This document shows, piece by piece, positions 1 to 9,947 of a DNA stretch of 64,000 bases. The stretch is taken from IMG/VR virus record IMGVR_UViG_3300046615_000451, positions 1-64,000 of that record; one strand, written 5' to 3'. The notes under the pieces were generated by a model that saw only the letters and a list, made by a program, of their open reading frames with translations, searched no databases and was not told the origin of the DNA. The position numbers and the translations under genes were made by a program. How positions within the stretch are numbered: position 1 is the stretch's first letter; the number at the start of each line of letters is the position of its first letter. The stretch is from a virus (Duplodnaviria > Caudoviricetes).

Positions 1-19
1 AATCCTGCCGTCTGGCGCT

Positions 20-2665
20 GTGCTCTACACCTATGTCGATCCTGAAGGCGTGGCGGTGGCGTTCAAGGGCGATATTTCCGGGATTGCCCGCGACTTGCCG
101 AACCTGAAAAGCTTGATGGCGCAGGAATGGGGGCCGGTGAAATTCCGCGCCGTGTTTGGTGAGGATGCAGCGCCGGCGGACGTTGAGGCTTACCAGGAAG
201 AACAGGCCGCCATTGCCCAGCGCAAACAGGGCTCGCTCGATGAGGCGGCGCAGGCCATTGCTGATCAGAAGCTGGCGCAGGAACAGGAACAGCTCCGGAT
301 CCAAGCAGAAGCCGACGAAACCGCGCGGATCGTGGCGCAGAACCAAGCGGACGACCAGGCTGAATTTGAGCGCACCATCGGCGCCGGCACTTCTGAAAAC
401 CCACTCTACCAGGCCTATCTCGACACCCTGGAAGAGCTGCCCACCAAGAGCAGCAATGCCGGCTTCTTGGGTTGGGCGGGCATTCGCGCCGGCGAATTTG
501 AACGCCTGAGTAAAGGCCGTATATCGGCCGACAGGGCGGGGCACCTGGCCTACGTGCGCCAGTGGGCAGACGAGCACCTATCGGAGCGTGTGAAGGCTGC
601 AAAGGCACACGGCGCCACGCTGGAAATCACCGCCGAGACACCAGACGCCACCATTGAAGGCGCCAGCGATGAGCAGCTGCAAGCCAAGTTGCTGGCCGTG
701 GCCAAGGACTTCTATCGCGGCCTGAGTCATGCCACCAAGGACATTGCCCGCCGCCTGGAGAAAGGCACCTACGACCGCACCGACGCCATTAAGGCGCTCA
801 AGCAGAACCGCGAGTACCTGATTGAGCGGGTGCAGGCGAGCGCCGAGTGGGACGCCGACATGATGGCGCGTATGGGCCGCCAGTACGGTGAGAAGTCCGT
901 GGCCGAGCTGGAAGCGATCCACGAGGGCATGGGCGGGGAAATCCGCGGCATGCAAAGCGACCGTGAAATGAACGGTGGCGGTCGGCGCACTGGTCCGGCC
1001 GTGGCCAACGAAGCCGCGCGCGGAATGGGCCAGCACCGTCTGGAACTGGGGATCTACATCAAGGCGCGCAAAGCCGCCGAGCCGGTACCGGCGCCAGTGG
1101 CCGAAGAGCCCGTAATAGACCAGCCAGCGGCAACGCCTGCGCCGGCGGTACAGCACGAAATCATTGAGTACGTCACCAAAAGCACGGGCAAAACCCTGCG
1201 CGGGATCATCCGCACGGACTTGAGCCAGGCCGAAGCCAAGACCATCGACCCGCACAGCTGGCGCATGAACGGCGGCTACTTCATTCGTGAGAAGTATCTG
1301 GAAGGCGCCACCGCGCATATCCAAGCCGCGCCGGCGCCGGTTGTGCTGTCGCCTGAGCAGCAAGTGGAGAAAGCCGCCACTGACGAACGCCTGGCCGAAG
1401 AACGCCGCCAGAAAGCACTGGGTAGCCAGGTCGAGAAGCTGCGCAGCGTGGCGAACAAGGCCATTGAAGGTGGTGAGGCTGGCATGGGCCAGGACCGCAA
1501 CACCAACACCGCCAGGCGCGCCGGTATGGCCGCCAGTGCCATCGCCAAAGCATCCGCCAACAAGGCCGACGGTCAGACGCTCAACAACATCGCAGACGCT
1601 ATCGAAGTCGGCGCCGGTGGCCTGCTGACCAAACTCAGCAGCCGCGCCCAGCTGGAAGAGCTGCAAAGAGCCTTGCGCATGGCGCAGTACGAGACGGATC
1701 GGCGCCTGAGCTATAGCGAGCAGTTGAAGCGCAAAGGCCGTCCGTTCGATGACGAAGACTTGAAAAACGTCGTCATGCCGAGCCAGGTAACGTGGGCGAG
1801 CCGCTTCAATGACGCCGCCAAGATCATTGCCAAGAAAAGCCCGACCGGCAATGCCCGCCTGATCGCAGCCCTGTACAAGATGGGCGCCCGCTCCGAACGC
1901 TTCACCATGAACCCCGAGGATGCCGCGATTACCCGCAAAGCCTACGACGTGCTCAAGGGTTTGAAAGAGGGGTACACGCTGCAAGACCCGATGGAAAGCC
2001 TCGCCCGCCAGGAGCGTTTGGCCCGGATGGGGATCACCGACGCCTCAACCTTGCGCGAAGCCACGCGCGAGCTGTTGCCCATGATGTCTGCAAAGACCGA
2101 AGAGAGCGCCGTCAAAAAAGCTGAGCGGGCCATTATTGGCCAGAAGGTCGGTATCGACTTTTTCCCAACGCCTGCAAACGTGGCGCAGCGCATGGCCAGG
2201 CTGGCGGGTATCAGCAAGGGCATGCGGGTACTGGAACCAAGTGCCGGCAACGGCAACCTGGCGGACGCTGCAAAGGCGGACGGCGGGGAGGTGGACGTGA
2301 TCGAGATATCCAGTCAGCTGCGCGACATCCTCACGGCCAAGGGCTACAACGTCGTTGATCACAACTTTGACGGCTTCACGCCCGAGCAGCCATATCAGGC
2401 GATCCTGATGAATCCACCGTTTAGCCAGCGCCAGGACGCGGCGCACATCATGCGCGCCTATGGAATGCTCGCCAGTGGTGGGCGTCTGGTAGCGATTGCC
2501 GGGGAAGGCGTGTTCTTCGGTCAGGATCAGAAGGCTGTCGCTTTCCGCACTTGGCTGGACACTCACAACGCCACGGTTGAAAAGCTCGATGGCGGCACGT
2601 TCAAGGATAAAGAGCTGTTGGCGCAAACCGGTGCCAATGCCCGTCTGATCGTCCTCAAAAAGTAG
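20..2665 (+). CDS. DarB-like/large polyvalent protein with C-terminal N6-adenine DNA methyltransferase domain; 5' end probably lies outside the window
   Basis: DFFPTP, VLEPSAGNG (motif I) and NPPF (motif IV); frame is open from position 2; directly upstream of the capsid gene. Confidence 0.7.
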   Translation: MLYTYVDPEGVAVAFKGDISGIARDLPNLKSLMAQEWGPVKFRAVFGEDAAPADVEAYQEEQAAIAQRKQGSLDEAAQAIADQKLAQEQEQLRIQAEADETARIVAQNQADDQAEFERTIGAGTSENPLYQAYLDTLEELPTKSSNAGFLGWAGIRAGEFERLSKGRISADRAGHLAYVRQWADEHLSERVKAAKAHGATLEITAETPDATIEGASDEQLQAKLLAVAKDFYRGLSHATKDIARRLEKGTYDRTDAIKALKQNREYLIERVQASAEWDADMMARMGRQYGEKSVAELEAIHEGMGGEIRGMQSDREMNGGGRRTGPAVANEAARGMGQHRLELGIYIKARKAAEPVPAPVAEEPVIDQPAATPAPAVQHEIIEYVTKSTGKTLRGIIRTDLSQAEAKTIDPHSWRMNGGYFIREKYLEGATAHIQAAPAPVVLSPEQQVEKAATDERLAEERRQKALGSQVEKLRSVANKAIEGGEAGMGQDRNTNTARRAGMAASAIAKASANKADGQTLNNIADAIEVGAGGLLTKLSSRAQLEELQRALRMAQYETDRRLSYSEQLKRKGRPFDDEDLKNVVMPSQVTWASRFNDAAKIIAKKSPTGNARLIAALYKMGARSERFTMNPEDAAITRKAYDVLKGLKEGYTLQDPMESLARQERLARMGITDASTLREATRELLPMMSAKTEESAVKKAERAIIGQKVGIDFFPTPANVAQRMARLAGISKGMRVLEPSAGNGNLADAAKADGGEVDVIEISSQLRDILTAKGYNVVDHNFDGFTPEQPYQAILMNPPFSQRQDAAHIMRAYGMLASGGRLVAIAGEGVFFGQDQKAVAFRTWLDTHNATVEKLDGGTFKDKELLAQTGANARLIVLKK

Positions 2666-2686
2666 GCTCGCGCAACGCGAAAACCA

Positions 2687-2728
2687 TGCAAACCCCCGCC
2701 AAAAACGGGGGTTTTTCGCACTTAACAT
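2687..2728 (+). promoter_or_regulatory. Putative late promoter (TGCAAA-N30-TAACAT) overlapping a terminator-like hairpin
   Basis: Shared fixed-spacing motif seen at nine sites; hairpin aaacccccg/cgggggttt followed by T-run. Confidence 0.6.
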
Positions 2729-2781
2729 CATTTCTGAAACGAATCGGGCGCAGCCCACCATTATCAGAAATGAGGTTACAC

Positions 2782-4467
2782 ATGCCTACGAATACTTACG
2801 CGCCCGACTCCGGTTTGGGTGAGGTTGCCGCCAAGGTTGGTACGCTGGTCGGTGCTGCGCGCGGCAACGGCAACATGCTCGACAGTCTCAGCGCCAGCGC
2901 TCAAGACGTGGTGAAAAACGCTGTCGCCAACGCTGGTGCTTTGCTGCCGGCGCGCATGGCCCGACTGCTGGACAAGATCGACGGCGATGCCAATCGCGCC
3001 CTGGCTGTTACCAGCATGCTGGACGGTATTTCCAGCTTCCAGCGCAAGTGCGGTTTCATGCCGTCCGCCGACATGATCGACGCGGTAATCTCCCAGGCGG
3101 AAAACCTGGCAGACGGCACCAGCACCCATGTGTTGCCGCATGGCACCACCCTGGACAGCATCAGCACCAACAACGCCTCGGCCACCCTGTCGCACCAGCC
3201 AAACCGCATTGCGGTAGCCATCACCGGCGGCCTGAGCGATGCGATTCCGTTCGGTGCTTACCTGCCATCCGACCTCAGCTCTAACGAGTCGAAGCTGGCC
3301 ATCATCACCTCGGTTGCCGGCTCCACCTTTGGCGCATACACCGCGGGCGAAATCATCGACGGTACCGCTGGCGGCCGTGAATACACCCGCTCCGAACGTG
3401 TTGTGGACGTGGTTGTTGACGTTGCCCGCACTGGCGGCACCTTCGCCATCAAGACCCAAATCGGTGGCGCCGGCGCTACTGTGCCGCTGTTGCGCAACCG
3501 TACCTCGATTGTCGTGAACGGCTTCCCGGTTGGTTTCGAGCAGACCAACAACTCCGGTACCGCCACCTCGCTGATTTCCGGTCAGTTCAAGGTCGGCGCC
3601 ACGGATTACGTCATCAACGGTAGCGTCAACGTCACCACCGGTGCCGGCACCCTGACGTTCGCCCCGGCCCTGGCCGCTGATATCGACGTGGAAGCGCAAG
3701 GCTTCATCGACTTCGAAGCCAAGCCTGAGCTGGCGCCGAACATCGGCACCGTTGCACAGAGCTTCTCGCTGTACTGCGCGCCGACTCGCTTGATCATGCA
3801 GGCCACGCCGGACTCCCGTAGCCAGTCCCAATCGGAACTGGGCGCTGACCGCCTGACCATCGCTGTACAGGCTGCCCGCACTCAGCTGGCCAACGAGCGC
3901 TATATCTCCGCGCTGCACAAAGTTCGCAAGATGGCCAAAAACACCGCTCGCGAATACGACTTCAACGCTGCCGGCCAGCTGTTGCAGAAAACCCGTGCGC
4001 AAGGCTGGCGCGACTTTGGTTCGTTCGTGGCCGCTGTTGACCAGGACGTAGCCAACCAGACCATGGAATTCGGCCTGAGCTTCTTCTACGTCGGCGCCAT
4101 CGGTATGTCCCAGTTCCTGTCGATGGATAGCACCGACTTCGTATCGTCCGGCGTGGCGGCGAAGCCTGGTATCTGGCGTGTAGGCCGCTACAAGGACAAG
4201 TTCGACGTTTACTACACCCCGTATGTCGTCGAAGAAACCGACGTCGATATCGAAATCCTCTGCATCGGTCGCTCCCCGCAAGTGGCGCGTAACCCGATTG
4301 TGTTCTCGGATGCGGTATCTCCGACCCTGATCCCGCTGGCGGTGAACTCGGATCTAAAAACCGGCGCGGCGCTGTTCTCCCGCCAGTTGACCGAAGTGAA
4401 CCCGCACAAGCCGTCCGCACTGGGTTGCGCGCTGATCACCATCAAAAACGTGTACGCACTGGGTTAA
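2782..4467 (+). CDS. Major capsid protein precursor (P1 gp23-like)
   Basis: Size, position ahead of sheath, beta-rich insertion, N-terminal MLDS/MLDG/TLDS motifs; start placed at ATG 2782 after gaggt RBS, downstream of the predicted promoter. Confidence 0.8.
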   Translation: MPTNTYAPDSGLGEVAAKVGTLVGAARGNGNMLDSLSASAQDVVKNAVANAGALLPARMARLLDKIDGDANRALAVTSMLDGISSFQRKCGFMPSADMIDAVISQAENLADGTSTHVLPHGTTLDSISTNNASATLSHQPNRIAVAITGGLSDAIPFGAYLPSDLSSNESKLAIITSVAGSTFGAYTAGEIIDGTAGGREYTRSERVVDVVVDVARTGGTFAIKTQIGGAGATVPLLRNRTSIVVNGFPVGFEQTNNSGTATSLISGQFKVGATDYVINGSVNVTTGAGTLTFAPALAADIDVEAQGFIDFEAKPELAPNIGTVAQSFSLYCAPTRLIMQATPDSRSQSQSELGADRLTIAVQAARTQLANERYISALHKVRKMAKNTAREYDFNAAGQLLQKTRAQGWRDFGSFVAAVDQDVANQTMEFGLSFFYVGAIGMSQFLSMDSTDFVSSGVAAKPGIWRVGRYKDKFDVYYTPYVVEETDVDIEILCIGRSPQVARNPIVFSDAVSPTLIPLAVNSDLKTGAALFSRQLTEVNPHKPSALGCALITIKNVYALG

Positions 4468-4480
4468 TCAGGGGGCTGTC

Positions 4481-5098
4481 ATGGCTGCGAAGAATGGCGT
4501 TAAACCAGCGGTGAAAGCCGTTGGTGCTAAACCCGCAGCGGCCCCAAAGACCCCGGAAGTCGTGGAGAAATCCACGGCCTTTCCGGGCGTTGGTGCGCCT
4601 GCTGATAACACGGCTCCACCTGGTGGCGAAAGCGAGACGGACAAAGCCGCCCGCGAAGCCGATGAAAAACTCATGGACGAACTGCGCGAAGAGGCCGAGC
4701 GCCTGAATCGGGAGTGGGACGACGAAGCCGCCCGCGTGTTAGCGGAGCAAATGGGGCTGCTGGAAGACGAGGCCCGCGCAGAGGATCTGGCCCGCGCCGA
4801 GAGCCTGAAAACCACGCAAACCACCGCCGAAGAGGGCGCCAACAGTGCCGTAACTTTGACCGGGTGGGTGCTTCCTGAAATCAGCGAGTTCCCGGCAACG
4901 ATCACCCTCGAAAACCACACACGCAACCGCGTCCCGGTCGCCGGCGCTCAAGTCGTCCTGGCCTCCTATGAACAGGTTGAAGTCACGGTGACAGGGGATC
5001 AGTTCGCCAGGCTCGCTAAAGCGCTGACCAGCAGTGCACGGGCGCACAAGTGGGACAACCTCAAAGGCTTGCAGGTGAAATATGACCGTAAAGATTGA
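4481..5098 (+). CDS. Hypothetical virion-associated protein
   Basis: Co-oriented in structural operon; low-complexity K/P/A then acidic N-terminus; C-terminal domain resembles the next ORF. Confidence 0.6.
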   Translation: MAAKNGVKPAVKAVGAKPAAAPKTPEVVEKSTAFPGVGAPADNTAPPGGESETDKAAREADEKLMDELREEAERLNREWDDEAARVLAEQMGLLEDEARAEDLARAESLKTTQTTAEEGANSAVTLTGWVLPEISEFPATITLENHTRNRVPVAGAQVVLASYEQVEVTVTGDQFARLAKALTSSARAHKWDNLKGLQVKYDRKD

Positions 5099-5408
5099 TC
5101 GAAACGCTGGCAGTGCCCCGCGCCCTCTTGCTGAGGCGTTGGTGGCTGGCCAGTCGTTCCCGTTCCTGGCGTCTTTGACGCACAGCAATAAAAAAGCATT
5201 GGTGGTCCCGTCCTCGGGCATCAATACCCCGATTGCACCAGGTGAGCCGGTCCAGGTGAAGGTTAAGAGCTTCGACCAGGCCTGGCTGTTGGTCACGGAC
5301 CTGGCTGAGCTGGCGCACCGCGCTGGCAATGACGCCGAAGATTTTGCCGTGCTGACCGCCCCCAAGGTAGGCAAGGCCAAGGCCGTCGAAGCCCAGGAGG
5401 CTAAGTAA
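5082..5408 (+). CDS. Hypothetical virion-associated protein
   Basis: Overlaps previous ORF and abuts sheath start. Confidence 0.6.
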   Translation: MTVKIDRNAGSAPRPLAEALVAGQSFPFLASLTHSNKKALVVPSSGINTPIAPGEPVQVKVKSFDQAWLLVTDLAELAHRAGNDAEDFAVLTAPKVGKAKAVEAQEAK

Positions 5409-7043
5409 ATGACCACTCCTTTTTCTCGATCCATTGATAAGCGTTCGGGCGTACAGCTCAACTACATCAATGACATGTCGGAAATGCCGAGCGTCAGCAC
5501 CGTAGCGCACAACATGGCCATCACTGGCCGGTTCGCGCGTGGTCGCATCGACAAGGTATTTGCGGTATCGCGCAACAAGATCAAGCGCATTTTGGGCGCC
5601 GCTCAGTCGCTGTCGGTAAGCGCCTTGGGTGAGCCTTACGTGCATATCGTTGAGGCTCTGAAGGGTGGCACGGTGCAGGCCATCGTTTCCCGCTTGGTAA
5701 GCGCGGACGCCACCAACAAGCTGATGGTTGCTACGGCCTCGGTATTGCCAGAAACAGCGGTGTGGACCCTGGTGGACGAAGCCACGGGCGCCACCGGTAA
5801 CTATCTGATCGCCATCAAGCACTTGGAATGCTTCTCGGAAGGCGTGAAGGCGGAGATTCATGCCGACGCTGCCACGGATGCCGAGGGTGACCCGGCCGCG
5901 TCCAAAATCATCGTGCTGCAACTGCGCGACGTGAACACCAACGAAATCGTCCTCGGTCCTTACAAAGGCTCGCTGGATCCGGCGGCGCTCAATGAGTTCG
6001 GTGAAAGCAATTACATTGGCGATGTCGTGGCGCAGTTCACCGACCTGTTGCAGGTTGTCGACGTGCATGATGCGGCCTCGGTTCCGGCCACTTGTGTGTT
6101 CTACGGCAAGCAGAATGGCAAAGACGTCTACGCGTCGGCGGCCCTGAGCTACTTCACCGAAGGCCCGACGCTGTACACCACCACGGACCTGGACGCGGCG
6201 ATTGATCGAATCAAGCGCTCCAAGCCGACGTTTACCTACATCGGCTCCGGCGGCACCGAAAACGTGGCATTGATTTCTCGCCTGCTGGAACTGGGCAAGC
6301 TGATCAACAAGCAAACCCCGTGGGACATCCCTGGTCGTTTCACTCCGGAAGCTGCCATTAACTTCTACAAGTCCGTGGGCGGCGCGACTGACAGCCTGTA
6401 CAGCCAGTGCTATTGGGCGCCGATCATGGCGGCCAACCCGGCGGCGGGCGGCATTGCTTACATTGGCACCTCGGGCCTGAACATCGGCCTGCGCTGCGCT
6501 CGCAACGCTCAGACCAACGCCAAGGGCATCGCTCCGCGCAACGTCGTGATTGCCGGCAGTGACTACGCCGTCAACCGTACCAAGATGGTGCAGATGTATG
6601 AGCCGGACGAAGACACCGAACTGGAAGATTTGGCGGCCTGCCGGATCAACCCGGTGCTGCACAAGGATTACCAGAGCGGTGAAAAATACGCCTGGCTCGA
6701 TTCCTTGACCGGTGCGCAGACCGAAGGCGCCAGCAAGTTGATCGCCGTGGTCGAAATGGCCACCTACGTCGACGACACCATTGCCTCGGCCGCTCAGGAA
6801 GCGTTGCAGAAGCCAATGGCCAAGGCCATCAAGAAAACCACGAAGTTCATTGCGACCTTCCTTGAAGCGCTGCAATCGGCGGAATGGCTGCTACCGAGTG
6901 AAGAACTCGACGGCGCCTGCTACAAGGCCACCATCCAGGCGAATGCTAATCAGCCATTCGAGAAAATGAACATCGACACGTCCATCTGCTACGACGGTAC
7001 GGCTCGGATCATCGTCCAGCAGCAATCGATCGTCCGCACTTAA
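5409..7043 (+). CDS. Contractile tail sheath protein (P1 gp22-like)
   Basis: 544 aa; C-terminal RINPV...WLDSLT sheath-type segment; position. Confidence 0.8.
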   Translation: MTTPFSRSIDKRSGVQLNYINDMSEMPSVSTVAHNMAITGRFARGRIDKVFAVSRNKIKRILGAAQSLSVSALGEPYVHIVEALKGGTVQAIVSRLVSADATNKLMVATASVLPETAVWTLVDEATGATGNYLIAIKHLECFSEGVKAEIHADAATDAEGDPAASKIIVLQLRDVNTNEIVLGPYKGSLDPAALNEFGESNYIGDVVAQFTDLLQVVDVHDAASVPATCVFYGKQNGKDVYASAALSYFTEGPTLYTTTDLDAAIDRIKRSKPTFTYIGSGGTENVALISRLLELGKLINKQTPWDIPGRFTPEAAINFYKSVGGATDSLYSQCYWAPIMAANPAAGGIAYIGTSGLNIGLRCARNAQTNAKGIAPRNVVIAGSDYAVNRTKMVQMYEPDEDTELEDLAACRINPVLHKDYQSGEKYAWLDSLTGAQTEGASKLIAVVEMATYVDDTIASAAQEALQKPMAKAIKKTTKFIATFLEALQSAEWLLPSEELDGACYKATIQANANQPFEKMNIDTSICYDGTARIIVQQQSIVRT

Positions 7044-7053
7044 GGGGAATTAC

Positions 7054-7791
7054 ATGGAAAAGCTACTGCAACGCGTGCTCTCTTCTGGCGAGACGATCAC
7101 CAAGGCCTACGCGGCACCGGTGATTGTTCCCGAGGTGCCGCTGGTACCAAACCTGGAGCTGACGCCACTCGCGCAAGCCATGCTTGACGCCATCGATCCG
7201 GCCAATGCGCCGGCCGCCCTGTTCACCGACGAAATGCGCCAGGAGGCGGTGGCCATCGTCCAGGAGTGGGCTGAGTCGGAACTGGAAACCGGCGAAGGCT
7301 TTGGCGACCGTCTGTATGCGCTGGTCGTGGGCAGCGCCACCGACGGCGACGAAGCAATGAGCGACGACGAAGCCGAATATGCCGCTTCCCTGGCTGAGCT
7401 GGTGGGCGACTACCTGGAAGGCAAGGGCATCGACGGCGCTGACGTGGATTCGCTGCTCAGTGACGATCCGTCGTTTGATAACGACGTGGCCGCCCGCATT
7501 CACGACGCGCTGCTGGACAAGCTGCCGCAGGGTGAGGATGCCATGCTCGATGACGCTGACAAGTTCGTCAGTGGCGAAGACGATGAAATGCTCGACGCGG
7601 TTTATAAAAAGGTCGTGGCGATCCGTCACGGCAAGAAGGTCCGCATCAAGAAGCGCGTCAGCGGGCACGTTCGCCTGACCGCGGCGCAGAAAGGTGCCGT
7701 GCGCAAGATGCAGCGCAAAGCCTTCTCGGGTGGCGCGAAGATGAAACGCGCCAAGTCCATGCGCTTGCGCCAACGTCTGCTCGGTAAGTAA
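7054..7791 (+). CDS. Acidic protein with ultra-basic C-terminus; putative head core protein (P1 gp21-like position)
   Basis: D/E-rich body, three MLD motifs, last 64 aa contain 23 K/R and no D/E. Confidence 0.55.
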   Translation: MEKLLQRVLSSGETITKAYAAPVIVPEVPLVPNLELTPLAQAMLDAIDPANAPAALFTDEMRQEAVAIVQEWAESELETGEGFGDRLYALVVGSATDGDEAMSDDEAEYAASLAELVGDYLEGKGIDGADVDSLLSDDPSFDNDVAARIHDALLDKLPQGEDAMLDDADKFVSGEDDEMLDAVYKKVVAIRHGKKVRIKKRVSGHVRLTAAQKGAVRKMQRKAFSGGAKMKRAKSMRLRQRLLGK

Positions 7792-7794
7792 AAC

Positions 7795-8976
7795 ATGGCT
7801 GACTTTAGCGTTGATAGCCTGGGCAAAACCGTCTCTGCCAGCATCAAGGGCGTTACCGGGACGGTGGCCGGGAGTACTTCCAACTCACTGCTAGGGTCAG
7901 CCACCAAATTCGTAGGGGACGGCGCCGCTGGCGCCGCTTCGGGCATCCTCAAGGCGGGCGTATCGACGCTCGACGGCTTTGTGGGCGGTTCCACCAACCG
8001 CAAGGCCATTGAGGGAGCTGTGGGTACCGTAACCGGTACCGTGGCCGATCTGTGGAGTGGTAAAACCTCCGTCGGCGCGGTGTACGACCAGGTTTCTGAA
8101 AAAGTGATGGGGCTGGTGGGTGGCGAGCCAGGCAGCGGGACAGACGCGGTGGTCGGCAGCATCATGGGCAGCGTGGGTGAGTACCTGCCAGGGCTCAAGA
8201 CGCTCAGCTCTGACCTGGGCGGCGACTGGGGCCGGCTTTCGCCGTTGTTGCTGGCGCGGATTTTCGTCTGCAACGCCAAGGGCGTGGCCGATATCCAAGA
8301 GTTCGCCGGTGTGTATGCGGCGATGAAAGAGGGCTCGCTGGAGATTCAGCAAAACTGGCAATCGCCGTTTGAGAACACTGGCCCGGAAACCAAGGCGCCC
8401 GCGTTGGCCGGCATGCTGCAATCGGGATCACTGGTGCCGGTTCTAAACGCGCTCCAGGCGATTTCCCCATTCAAGGATGGGCAGATATCCGACTCGCTCA
8501 ATGCGGGCTCTGACAAGCTCAAGAGCGTCATGCGCGACCTTGAAGGCCGCACGGGCATCACCAAGCTGAATTCGCGCCAAGTGTTTTCCGGCATGCCGCC
8601 GATGAAAGTGAACTTTACGCTGCATTTCCGGGCGTTGAGTGATGCGCTCACCGAAGTCGAGGCACCCCTGACGCGCTTGCTGGAATGGGTATTCCCGCAG
8701 CAGCTGGCCGAGGACGGGATTCTGTCGGAAGTGCTGAAAACCACGAACAATGTCGAGTCGTTTATTCAGGCACTGTTTCCATCCACGGCGCCCAAGCTGC
8801 TGGGCCTCACCTACGCCGGCCGTACCTGGTCGCCCATGGTGATCGAAAACGTCAGTTTCCCGCTGGATTCGCCCAAGAATTCCCAAGGCTATTTCATCGA
8901 CCTCCCGGTGCAGGTATCTATGTCGACGCTCACCGCGCTCGACCGCCCGGACATCAAGCGTTTCTTTGGCCGCTAA
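7795..8976 (+). CDS. Putative tail tube initiator/baseplate hub protein (P1 PmgG-like)
   Basis: G/S/T-rich N-terminus, structured C-terminal domain, synteny with P1 22-21-pmgG-bplB. Confidence 0.45.
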   Translation: MADFSVDSLGKTVSASIKGVTGTVAGSTSNSLLGSATKFVGDGAAGAASGILKAGVSTLDGFVGGSTNRKAIEGAVGTVTGTVADLWSGKTSVGAVYDQVSEKVMGLVGGEPGSGTDAVVGSIMGSVGEYLPGLKTLSSDLGGDWGRLSPLLLARIFVCNAKGVADIQEFAGVYAAMKEGSLEIQQNWQSPFENTGPETKAPALAGMLQSGSLVPVLNALQAISPFKDGQISDSLNAGSDKLKSVMRDLEGRTGITKLNSRQVFSGMPPMKVNFTLHFRALSDALTEVEAPLTRLLEWVFPQQLAEDGILSEVLKTTNNVESFIQALFPSTAPKLLGLTYAGRTWSPMVIENVSFPLDSPKNSQGYFIDLPVQVSMSTLTALDRPDIKRFFGR

Positions 8977-8990
8977 CTGACTGCAAACCC

Positions 8991-9032
8991 TGCAAACCCT
9001 GCCTAAAAGCGGGGTTTTTTACGTGTGACGAT
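8991..9032 (+). promoter_or_regulatory. Putative late promoter (TGCAAA-N30-GACGAT) with hairpin and T-run
   Basis: Motif spacing conserved; tgcaaaccc is tandemly duplicated at 8982-8990 and 8991-8999. Confidence 0.6.
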
Positions 9033-9066
9033 TGCCCGGAGTGATCCATTTCTCCAGAGGTGATTT

Positions 9067-9540
9067 ATGTCTGTTAGCAGCATGGCGGTATTGAGCCGCA
9101 CGTTTCAAAACACCAACGATATGGGCGCCAAAGCCGTCCAGGCTGACGCCTGCCTGGTGATCGATGGTTACGAGGACATGGTGTTGCTGTTCAAGCAATT
9201 CCCTTGGCCGGTGGCTACCGTTGGCGGCGTTATCGAGTACTTCGGTCCCTTGGGCCAGAAGATGGGCCAGGCCAGCCAGGTTAAGACCATGCAGGAAGGT
9301 CCGGTAGCCATTTACGAAACCCGTCTCAACAAAGCCGGCGAGTTCCTGAAACAACTGATCGCCGATGGTGGCGAGTTCAGCGGCACCGTGTACGCCGGAC
9401 GCCCGGATGACTACACCCGCAAAGAAGACGTGAAGAAGTGCATCTTGGCGGTCGACACCCCGGATCGCGACTGGGAAAACGACATGCAGGTGCTGATCCT
9501 GGCCGGCACCATGACGTTCCACTGGTTTGCGAATCAGTAA
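9067..9540 (+). CDS. Tail tube protein (P1 BplB-like)
   Basis: 157 aa, tube-like beta pattern, position after sheath cluster, gaggtg RBS. Confidence 0.6.
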   Translation: MSVSSMAVLSRTFQNTNDMGAKAVQADACLVIDGYEDMVLLFKQFPWPVATVGGVIEYFGPLGQKMGQASQVKTMQEGPVAIYETRLNKAGEFLKQLIADGGEFSGTVYAGRPDDYTRKEDVKKCILAVDTPDRDWENDMQVLILAGTMTFHWFANQ

Positions 9541-9542
9541 GC

Positions 9543-9947
9543 ATGAAAATCAGCCAATTAGTTGACCAGTACGTTGCTGAGCTGCCGATTGGCTGTGTGC
9601 TGACAGAAGAGCAAATCACCCGCCACCTGCGCGATGCCGTGCGCCAGTATTGCGGGTATGCCCGACTGACCAGCGCGCAGTCACTCGACACCGTGCACAG
9701 CGACCTCTACACCCCCGATACCGTGCCCGGTGCTGTGGACGTTGATCTGACGCACAGTGAACTGGCGATCATCCGCCCCTTGTGGCTGCTGTACATCGAG
9801 CATGAGAACGCCATGGCGCTGGAAGCCTCCAGAAGCCAGGGCGCCGACCCTTATGGCCGCTCCACGCCTGAGGTCAAGCAATCGATCCTCGACTACGAGC
9901 AGCGCCTGCCACAGATGACGTTCGTTTATGAAGTGAGGTCGATTTAA
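9543..9947 (+). CDS. Putative head-tail adaptor (P1 PmgC-like)
   Basis: Start MKISQ at 9543; helical; synteny. Confidence 0.45.
   Translation: MKISQLVDQYVAELPIGCVLTEEQITRHLRDAVRQYCGYARLTSAQSLDTVHSDLYTPDTVPGAVDVDLTHSELAIIRPLWLLYIEHENAMALEASRSQGADPYGRSTPEVKQSILDYEQRLPQMTFVYEVRSI

Noticed and set aside
2686-2781. ORF-track upstream starts for the capsid gene (also 9438, 11904, 17933, 18572 and 53485)
   Set aside because: They overlap predicted promoters, terminators or neighbouring genes; downstream ATGs have better RBS or match the family N-terminus
578-6875. Long minus-strand ORFs (578-1984, 2776-4281, 5061-6875) and similar ones at 47562, 50124, 53940 and 55656
   Set aside because: Antisense shadows of GC-rich genuine genes, with no recognisable motifs
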